The notes under the pieces were generated by a model, which made no database searches, was not told the DNA's origin, and saw only the letters and a list, made by a program, of their open reading frames with translations. DNA of 64,000 nt from a virus. The position numbers and the translations under genes were made by a program. The stretch spans positions 74,458 to 138,457 of IMG/VR virus record IMGVR_UViG_3300022752_003639. One strand, given 5' to 3'. Of the stretch, positions 34,973 to 46,900 are shown in pieces (the first letter of the stretch is position 1; every line of letters starts with the position of its first letter).

Positions 34973-37900
34973 TTATAATCCTTGTAATAAATCACCATCA
35001 TTCTCTGCTAGTGGGTCATTGTTTTCATCATATAATTCTAAGTTTCCTCCATAATAGTATACGCTTGGTAATTCAGCCGGTCCACGACGTAAGAACTTAG
35101 CTTGAGTGCTTGTACTAGTCAATATCGAACTGGTTGAAATATCCCAAATCTTACTGGTTTTCTTAATTACAGTAATTCTAACACCTGGAATAACTTCTTC
35201 GCTAATATTTAACCTTAATGTTTGACTCGTGCCCACTTGTATTGAAAACTCTGGAGGTAAAATTTCATAACTAGCTGTATATACACCATTTACAAATACA
35301 GAAGATGTATTATCATAAGCACGACTTATATCATGCACGGTAACAGAATCCTTACGTAAACGACGACCTCCATAATATACTTCTACCTGATCTTCGAAAG
35401 CAGGTAACACACCATTAGTTGTAGTGGTTAATAAAACTATACCATTTCCTACACTAGTTGTTGTATTAACACTGAAAGAACTAGTATTAGTTAGAGTACT
35501 AATAATGTAGGTTGTTGTATTGGAACTAGGAATATGTTGTATATAACTTCTTTCTTCCGTGGACATATTCTGTCTCATACTCTGATCATAGACTAATGTA
35601 CCAGCATCTGAATACCAAGGAGTACCAGTACCATAAGTTCCCCTGCGTAATTGTGTAAGTTCGTTACCGTTTTTCACAAAAAATTCAATTCTTTCACTGT
35701 CAATAAACACAACACCTGGTATATTTTTACTAGGATTAGGAGAAAATAATACACTTCCATCTTCAACATGAATACTTGTATCATAATAATTTAAAGGCTG
35801 CGCCAGACGAGTCCTAAAAAATCTTGTTATACGTTGTAGACTTTGTCTGTCAAAAATATCTTTCCATATTCTGTAGGCTAAAATATTCGTTGAATAATTC
35901 ACCGGATTAATTGTATTAATTACAATCTTAGATCCTAATACCATATCAACATCATTACCAATTACAACCGTTTGCATATCTGACTTCAAATAAAAATCAA
36001 ATCCTGCAATAAGTGACTGATCATTTGCAGTGACCCAAACGTAGTTTTCATTGAAAACTGGCAGGCTTAGGTAATATTCGTTGTTGTGACTTAGGTCAAA
36101 AGTTTCAGTTCTTATTCCCATAGAATCATGATTTTGGAAATGGGTTACCTTTAATGATCCGCTGGTAAGTGCAGTTTTTAGTCTAATCTGATTTTCTAAA
36201 ACAACGTAACCATAATCAACTAGATCCATAATTGTTATGGTATCATTATTCCTAAGAATGCCTGTATTAATTGTAACAGTTTCAGCACCTTGATTAATAG
36301 TAAAATCAAATCCTGGTCTAATTTCATATCCATTTACATAGACTTTTACATTTTGGTTATTATAAATTCTTCCGCTGCGTTTATTGTTAATATCATATGT
36401 ATTTTGTAAGTTGCTTACCTTGTAATAACTTATATCAGGAGGAAGCAATCTTACTCTGCTACCATAATTATTACCAGATAAATGTTCTACTATCACCTGA
36501 CCAGATATTGGTTCTAGCATAAAGGGCGGACTTGCAAATGTCAGTAAAGAAGTTGTTGTACTAATGACATAGTACTGCTCGACTATACGATTTAGTGATT
36601 CAAAATTATTTCTAAAAAACCATGCTAGAACTTCATGCCTACCAGAAGGTATATTTTTAATTTTTACAGACGCACGTTTGTTGTCTGCACTGACCGGTTC
36701 TAATACATATCCTAACGATGTGCCTGTTACATATTGGTTAACTGATACTCCATCGAGCTCAACATAAGCTCTGCTGACATCGCTGAATGCTAGATCACTA
36801 ATTAAAATTGTATTAGATGTTGTCACAAAATCAACTGCTGCTGTTTGACTGTCTAAGCCTGTAGATGATCCTGCTGTTACATAGGAATATCCAATTTTAC
36901 CTTGTGCGCTTTGAGCTGCTACAGTTAGTTTATTTCCTTGCAAGAAGTAACTACTGCTGTTTAGTCCGGGTAAAGGATATGACGACGACCTACTTAAAGG
37001 TCTTCCGTCAAAAGTTACTAATAATCCTGCAGGTATTTCACCTGTTATAAAGTTTATTGTGGCCGTTGTCTCTACTCCCGGTTGAGTAAAAATAGCACCA
37101 TTAAACATTATAGGATTTATTTTTTCAGGTCTAGTGTATACACTTAAAGATAAACTATCTTTTGTATCTCCAGGAACAAATTCTTCTGGAGCATAACTTC
37201 TAAATGGATTAACTAATCCATCAGGATTAAATGAGGCTGAAATTTGTTGACTTTCTGAACTAGCTTTAATGTAATTTTCAACGTCCAATAAAGTCTGATA
37301 ACCGTCGACTATAGTTTGTACCCAATAATCTAATCCTCCCTGGTCTGCATGTCTGTATAGGTATTTTAGATAATACCCATCAATAGAATCTGCATAAACT
37401 GTAGCAGTTGTGCCTGGAACTGTTGTATTAAGTTTATTGCCATAATATTGACCAACTGGTTTAATCCATCCTCCGCCTTGTACAGAAACATCAGTGGCCG
37501 TGATTCCAAATGCACTGGTATTCGTACCATTAAAATAACTGCCACCTGATAAATTCACTGTTAATAAATCAGGATCATAATTGTACTTCCAAAAATCTAT
37601 TTCAGTGTATCCGTATATAGTAGCTGTTGCAGTGGTCATCACTCCTGTGCTTACCCCAGTAACATTAATAACAGCTCTGGTTACTGTGCCTGAACTAGTT
37701 GTTATATACCAGGTAGGTGATCCTGAACTAAATTGCACTGTAGCAGTTGCAACTTGAGAAAATATTGCATAAGTTTGTATAGAAAAAGTAGAAGTTCCTG
37801 TGCTCAGCTTGACTACTTTGTCTAAGACTGATGCTGTAGAACTTACTGTACTAAGAATACTTAATATTCTAACCTGAGTAGCAGTAGTAACCTGCGAAGT

Positions 37901-40900
37901 AGTTGCACTAAGAACTTGGGTAGCAGTTACCTCGAAAGTTGAATTAGTAGTGGTTAAAATTGAATATAAACTATTGAAAGTATTATTAACAACATTGGTT
38001 ATTAAAACTTTATCTCCAACTTTGATGTCACCTCTAAACAACTTAGTAGTCGTAAACGTAATTCTAGAACCAATTGCAGTGGCAGTGGACACTACCTTTT
38101 TAATTCTATAAGTAGGACTACTGATAGTTATTTCGTTTGTATTTGAGTTTATTGCAGTGACAATAGTTTCAGGTCTTATTCTAATAGTACTGGTATTGCC
38201 AATAATTATACTTTGCCCTGTTGTGATTCCGGTGGTTGTGTTAACTTTTATTATAGTAGAAGTAGTGTATAAATCTTCTTTTAATTTTACAGTAACATAT
38301 TCTTGAACTAAATCATCCCAAGGAGCAGTATCATAATTTGTTGTTCCCCAAGGTGGTGTATCTTGAAATATCATTCCTTCATAAGTAGTCAATGGATAGT
38401 CTAATCCAGATACCAAATTAGGAACATCTTTTTCTAACATACCTGTTGTAGGATTGTAATATTGTTCTATTCTTTCTACAGCATTAAAAAGTGAAATGTT
38501 CTTTTTATAAACTACTTTGAATACCTGGTTCGCAGACGGTATCACATTTAATAAAGTTATACGAGTAAACGATTTTGCATAATACCCTTCATAATCTTGT
38601 TTAAAATATTCTAACTTGTAATCTGTAGAATAGATTAACTTTCCATTTAAGGTAGGAGTAATTGTACTTCTATCTGTGTTTGCTAACCAGGTTAGTACAA
38701 ATGTATTTTGCTCTCCGTTACAGATAAATTGATCAGTAACATAGACATCTTCTATTTCAACGTCCTTAGAAATTCTATCAAATTTAAAACCAATTAAATT
38801 TTTACGGATAGTATCATTTGCGATTATAACACTAGCCGTGGCCTGTTGAGTAACTGAGTTTCCTCCGCCGGTAAACTGAATAATCGGCGCAATAAGGTAA
38901 CCGCTTCCTGGATTTGTAACTGTAATTTTAACAACTTTTCCTGCACGTATAAATGCTTCTGCGGTTGCACCTGAACCAAAATCACCACTTACAGGTACTA
39001 AAGTTACAGTAGGTCTTTGTGTATATCCTTGTCCACCGTCGGCAACAATTATTTCCTTAACATAATATGTATGATTCTCTGTCCAGTTTTTCCAAGGCAA
39101 GACATTTGTTAATGTGTTGGTTAATGTAAATGCTGTGGCAGTAGATGTACTTGAAATATGCATCGGAAAGTAACCTAGAGTTTCTTGACTATAAACCGGA
39201 GGCATATCGAAGTCTGTTATATTATGTGAAAAATATTCAATTGCATTATATTTTGAAGTATAATTCCTTAATTGACTATGATAAGGTTTAATTTCTTTAA
39301 TATAATCTTCAAAATATTTTTCGTTTTCTAATTTATAAACTGCCCGTTGATCTAATACTCCAAGATCAGTAACAAAATTAACAAATGATGTTTTAAATGC
39401 CCAATCTAACATCTTCTGTTCGGTTAATGCATAACGAACACCTGCAAAAAATAATAAATTCCAATAAACTTTTAAGGCATCTTTGAAAATATCATGCTTT
39501 AAAGCATTAATAATATTTCTTAATTCAATAACATTTTTTTGGTCAAATAGAGTATCCGACAAACCTGATTCGTCATAGTTATAAACTGATAATTCAGTAT
39601 TCCATAGCTTATCGAGAATTTTAATTGTTCCAGATTCAACGTATACACTGTTATAAAATGGTGTTAATGTTCCGTTATTAACTCTTTCAACTATAGTAAA
39701 TTTGCCATTACCGTTGTTTTTCACTTTAATATACGTTCCTAATGGAGCATTATTATAAGCAGTTATACTAGATAAGTTATCTAAAACATACAAAGGAGTT
39801 TTAAATTCATTGTAATCATCTGATTTCCAATCAATATAATCCCAAAATTCTTCAGTATTATAACGTTGGGCGTAAACTTTTACCCATTGATTTAATTGCT
39901 TGTTATATTCATGAGCTGTCCATCGTCCATTATTTTCTGCATTACTTGTTAATATCGCTGTATAGGAACGAACATAAAGTAACGGAGCTGTTACAAATTC
40001 ATATCCAGAATTTTCAATTAAGGTAGAAATGATTTCTCCGAACTCGTTAATAAATGTTCTTATAGTTGCAGGGGTCTTATTTTCTAAAATTACAACATTA
40101 GGTGCAAACAAATAACCTTTTCCAGAATTAACGATATTAACTGCAACTATTTTTCCATTTTCTACTACACAGGTTAATTGTGCCTGTATAAAAGCTATGG
40201 TATCTATTTGAGATAATTGTTGAATAGTATCTACTAAAAAGTCATATTTTCCTAATGACTCTGACGGTATTTCATCTTTTAATTTTAAGTTGTCTAAGTT
40301 ATATAAACCTACAATTTCTTCTTTAGACAATCTGTAATTTGCAAATGATATAATATTCCTTAGAGCTTCTATTCTATTTTTAAATATTGTTTGTTGCGGT
40401 CTGATCCCTATACCATATCTATTTCTATAGGTTAAACTAGGATCAGGTACTGGATTACCATCTATGTCTTCACCTAATAAGCTGTCAATAAATTTTTTCT
40501 CTAGTAACGCATTAGGAACACTATTAGCATCTCCTTCTGTTAACAATAACCATTCTGTATGTCTTGGAATAGGATTATTTTTATTGAACGATATATTAGC
40601 ACTTATGCGATCATCTATTAATAAAGGCTGTACATTTGCAAACGCTACAGAATTAGGACTTAGCAAGGCTGCAAATCTAACACCATTTGCCTGTGGATCT
40701 GAAATATAGCTAGCAACTTGGTATGCACTTAATCTTCTATTTTTTACATCAGGAACTATCAATTTATTTTTTACCCAGAAATAATAAACATTTTCAAATA
40801 TTCCTGAAACGCTATTATAAATTTGTTTGACAGATATAACTTCATTATTAGGATATTTAGGTTGCCCGCTTATTCCCGATGTAATACCCTCGTTGGTATC

Positions 40901-43900
40901 TGCCTGCGCAGCCCATACACTTGGCAATACATTAGATCTTACCCATTCATAAATGTCAATGGTAGATCCGGGAAATACTTTACCCCAATTATTCTTTCTA
41001 AAAAGATCATCTCCTTGTTCATACCATGTAAACTTAACTGTACTTAGATCCCACCATAATTCGCCGACATGCTCATCTAACCAATTATTTTTATCATCTA
41101 CAATATTGCTAGATCGACCAATTGAATATATTGCAGGATCACTAGGAGTTTTATATTTTAATTCCTGCTCTGCTAGTCCTGAAATTTTACCCTTTAACGG
41201 ATCTATCACTTCTAAATATTCTGTAACTTCTTCTTTATGCTTATCTATTAGCGCAATTCGTTCTGCACTATTCGTATCTACTAAATTAGGTTGCTGACGT
41301 TTTACAGAAAATATAGATGGCATATCGAAAATAAATGCCATGCTATTGTCTTCGCCTTGTGTAGTTTCAGAATAAGGAGCGCCAACATATGAGTATCTAT
41401 TGGTAGAAACTACATCATATCCATATCTACTACCTTCAACTACAGCATTATCAATTAGTTCGTGTGCCAGTACAAAATATGAACCAAATCTCTGGTAAGC
41501 ATAGACAACACCTGCATCAGGAACTATTTCAATAAATTTAGTTGTACCACCATCAAAAGTAGTTTCATTCTCTTGACTGCTCTTATCAAAAATTAAAGTA
41601 ACAGATCTATTCGTACCTAGCCCGCTGACCAAAAGTTTCGTTTCATTTCTATCCAATGACAAACTATGACCAAACTTAAGATCGCTAATAGCCACTGGGT
41701 TATAAAGACTTTGTAAAAACTGATATTTGTTATTGCTGTTTAATCTGTAAATTACTACAGCTCCATATGAAGTGTCGTAATTTCTATATTCTGGAGCACT
41801 GACAATTAAGTATCTTCCTGAATACGAAATAATATGATCCTTACCGAATTCTCCTACTGGGCCTGCCGGATTGAATAGTGTTTGATAATGAGTAATCAAG
41901 GCATTTGTATATCTAAATACCTGTACCACTCCTGAAGATGTAGAATCCTGATAACCAGGAGCACTTACTGCTACCAAGGATCCTGTAGCACTACCGCTAA
42001 CTTTATAACCCCACTGGTCACCTACTTTTAATGTTACCGAACTAGTCGAATAAACTGCAATTCCACTAAAAGGAATACCGATCTGTATTCCTGCGGCTTT
42101 TCTAATTCTGTATGCATAGACATTGCCTTGAGTACCAGTTGTTATATTAGTTACTGCGCTTACTATTGTTGCAGAAACTGTTGAAGTAGTTGTAGTATTT
42201 AAAGCAAATGTAACTTGATTAGGATAAATGTAAAGCCCTAGACCTATATTTTTAGTTCCAGGTGCACCTACTAAAAGTAAAGTATTAGAGGTAGTTGTTA
42301 CTTCATTTATGTACACAGAATGACCAAATCGTATTCTATCTGAAGATGTGGAAGAATTAGGGTAAGGATTAGTTAAAACTGCTTCTACTATTTCGTCATC
42401 ATTGTAAGGTCCTATACTACTGATTTTTACAAGACCTTCGTCTTCGTATATTCTAGGACTTATTGTTAAATATCCTGTACTGGAAGTAATACTACTAGTA
42501 GTAGCCGACAATGACATTGTCCATTGAACATAATCAGGGCTTACTACAAATCCGCTATTACTTATTGCTCTTCCTGATGCAGAAAGAACTGTAGCACTAT
42601 TACTAATAAGAATATCTATTCCATAGACAACATCACTAGGTTCTTCCTCTAATCCTGTAAACCCATAGATGTTACTAGCTCTTGGTGCGCCGACAATTAT
42701 ATAATTTTTGTTATAATCATAAGCCATGCTGTAACCAAACTCGGTTGGTTTGGTAGCATTAGCATAGGTTAAATTACTGGAATTTAATGTGTATTCGAAC
42801 AACCTCTTAGGTAGATCATTTTCTCTTGAAAATACTTTTACCCTACCATAACTGTATGTAGCAGATGTATAAAAATTAGGCGCTGATACAAAAAATTTAT
42901 CAGTTCCGTCTCCTGCCCAAATAGTATGACCTAGCTCTTGGGCGGAAGGTTCTGGAATTGAAGTAATATAGTCTGTTGGATAATCTGTTGTTTTTTCGTA
43001 CACCTGCCATTTGTTATTGATGCCGCTGTCTACCCAAAATAACTCACCTTGATCTAGAGTTAATAACTGTTTCTTATTAACAATTTCTAACAATGTAGAA
43101 TATCTAACAACGTCAAACACAAACAAATTTCCATAGGCAAATTGTTCTTCATTTTGTATAGAAGTCAAGGACGATTGAACTGTAAACTGATTAACCTGAG
43201 GAATAGCTGTTACTATATATACACCATTAACCTGCGAATTAAAATTTACTACACTAACTATATCACCTATACTGAGATAATGATGTAAATTACAACTAAA
43301 CGTAATATTTTCTCCAGGAGAACTTACATATACTCCGGAAATCTTTGCTATTTTTTTAATGTACCTATAAACAGACCATTGACCGTTTTCTAAAAATCCG
43401 GTCCAAATAGTAGATTTATTTTGTATTTGATTGTTACGAGCAATATCTAACAAACTGTTTTTATTATAAGCCGTAGCTGTTACATCATCTAATCTTACGT
43501 ATCCAGCTGTTGGTAAAATTATCCCAGCATCGTTGAATGTACCAGATAACTCTGAAGCTGATTGTGTGTAGTTAGAATCTGGTACTTGGATATTTTGTAC
43601 AGTTATAGTCGGAAAAACTGATGTAGATACATAATCTACAGGAGTTAATAACAAATCATTTGGTGTAATATAATTAATTAATGGACTAGAATCGTTAGGT
43701 AACGACTCAACAAAAGTAATTAAGTATGGATTTTCTAAACTGGTACCTTCTATTAGCGGAAATTCAACTTCATCATAATTGCTGAATCCTCCATAAAACC
43801 CTGACCTAAATGCCCATTCTTCATTAAAGGTAATATCTCCTTTGTTAACAAACTTACTTGCCTTAGATAATTTGTCAATGGCATTTTTTGTACCTTTATC

Positions 43901-46900
43901 TTTAATATATCCCTGATAAAATTTATATTGGCTGATAGAATTTGTAAAAATGTTGTCAAAATAAGTTCTAGGAGTATAACCTATTAAATGTTGCGCTAAT
44001 TTTTGTTGACTATAATCAAAGTTATCTATATCTAAACTATAAAAATCTTCAAATTGTCCAATCTTGTAATCAAAATTAGGAAGTAAATCTGGTACAGGTT
44101 TTTCATTTAGCAACGTCCATTTGCTAAAAATAAATTTATCTGAGCTTTCTACTTTATAAGCAGCCTGATAATAAGAACCATTGAACCTTACAATATCTCC
44201 TATTTCATAAGTTTTATAAATTTCCCAATCACCAATTGTAAAGTTATCATATACAAATCCGGGACTATACAGGTCTCCATTCCAGTCTTTGGTTCTGAAA
44301 CCCGACAATCTAATTCTTCTTTGTTTATAACCTGTTTCAGTATCGAAGATAGTATCATTAAACACAGTTGAATTATTCAATATAATCCCATGCTCTTTCT
44401 GTACGCTAATAAATTTTACAAAGAAAAAACCTTCTTCTGTATCCACAGTTTGTAATGTACAATATCCATCCTCTCTTGTAAGGCTAAAATTTTCCTGAGG
44501 GAAGGGTTTACCGTCTGCTTTTAACAAACTATATTCATATCTATTATCTTTCAAGTTTTCAACAACACTGTTTAAAAAACTATATTTTAATGAATAAGCG
44601 AACGGACTTAATGTGATTAAATTATTATCAGCCCAACCTTGTGTACACCAATATAGAAATTCTTTTCCACTGTACTTCCAGTCCATTACCTGTGAATACT
44701 TTGTTGAATAATAATCAAATTCAAACCCTTGACTTTCTAAGTATGCACCGTAACCTGTAATAATATCATATACTTCTTGAATAGAATTTATTTCTGTACC
44801 ATATATGTATCTTGTAACTTCATTACTAAACTTTTTAGTAGTTTGTACAGTTACTCCACCTTTACTAGGTAAACTAGGTATACTAGTCCAATATGTAATA
44901 TCAAAAACACTGCCTGGATTGTGACTAATTTTACATCTGTAAAACTTATTATTGTATCTAACAACTTGTCCCTGTTTATAAAAACGTGTAGTAGGACTTG
45001 TATTAGCAGAGGATGTCTCAGAATTACTCAATTTATAATTTTTGTTCTGAGTTATTCCCGACCATTCGGTAAAATCTTCAGTAGTTCCTCCTACAGTTAA
45101 TGCAGGACTACTATATTCCTTAATAGGCAACAGTGTATCAAAATATGGTTTTTCTAAATCATATCCTTTAATAATAAATCTACCATTAACCTTTTGTATT
45201 ATAATTCCGCTTGCAGAAGCTACCTTAACCGGATTGCTGATGTTTAATATTATATTGTAATCTTCATAAGGTAATACAAGTCCAGGACTATTAGATACAG
45301 GATCGATAGAATCAATATTAATTTGTAATTTTTCTTTATTTGTAAATCCGCCTAGTTTATAAAACAAATTAAAGTTAAGATAATCTAAATCATTCCTCAA
45401 ATTTGTAATATAATCTTTATTTCGAATTTTTCCTGCTTCAATCACAAGTTGACTATAACCGCTACTTTGTGCGTTATCCTCACCATCTAATATAATCTTT
45501 TTAGGACTTAAGTATAAATCGTCCTGTGTATAGGTAATCTGATTTATCACATTATAAGAAAGTCTACTAGTATCGAATAACGCAGACAAATAATCTGCTG
45601 GATTTAATAACAGACTAACAATGTTTACAGCGTATGGCCAATAACTACTATTTTTCCATGCAGTTTCTGATGGACTACCATCTCCAAAGTTCCAAGGGCC
45701 GGCACGAGCTCCTAAACTATTTTCTGTAACGAGAGTAGAGGGGTTAACTAAATTACCAGATAAATCTACAGGAACAATGGTACTAAATCCAGTACGAGCA
45801 TAGTTTAGATCATACTTAGCAGCCTGAGACGGATTAGATATTTTCCCCAATGTAATAGCATTTATTAATGCTGCACGTTTAGGTACGTTTGTCCAACTGT
45901 AATATGAATCCCACCATGCAGGTTTTTTTGAAAATCCTAACATTACCCAGGGTTCGGTATGAGGATGGTCAGTATCGTAAAAATAATTAAAAAAACCTCT
46001 CCAATGTTTAGGAATCTGAGTATTATGAATTTTATCTATAGAATCTTTATAATTCCAAGTAAAGGAATCAGCGGCATCATAGATTGAATTTGTCCTTACG
46101 TCAACGGTATTAATTCCTGCCCAATATGAAAAGTCTTGATTTAAAATTTCCGTAGCTTGTTCGAATTTAGATCTATTTCTAAATAACCCAGGATAACCTG
46201 CTTTAACATCAAATATATTAGATTGGTATGAAACCTTTATATTATTATATACCCTCTTTTCATATTCTAATATAATAGCATCTCTATAATCACCAAAAGC
46301 AACTAATAAACTACCGTCATGACCTCTGATCATTTGTACAGGATTTATAAAGGTGTCATCTGTATAAATTTTAGGTTCATACTTGGGATAGAGTCCTAAC
46401 TTACTAGGTGTCGGAGGAACAAAGGATCCTTGTGTATTACTAAATGTATGAATTTCTATAATATCATTAACAGCCAATGTAGCGACAAATGAAATTTCAT
46501 CTATATTAATAGTATAATCCGTCTCATAAACACATTGAGTTCCGTTAAGATAAATGTATAACGATTTAAAACTAAGACTTGTTAGGTTAAAGTCAAACCC
46601 AATAGGATAATCGGTAATTGCTGGATTGGTAACTTTATAAGATTTAACAACTCTAGTATCTCCGTGGCCTAACATATCTGATCTATAATACGCAGAGGTA
46701 AAATCTTTGGTAACGTTAATTTCTTTTAATATTGTATCAACTGCATCATATACACTTGCATTAGATGATATACCTGATAACTTTCTAATAAAATTTTGTT
46801 TAAATTGCTGATAATGATTACCCACAGTTCTTAGAGCATCTACTACATTATGTTCTTTTTTACCTATGAATAAATCAGTAAACGCTATTGGATTAGCATT

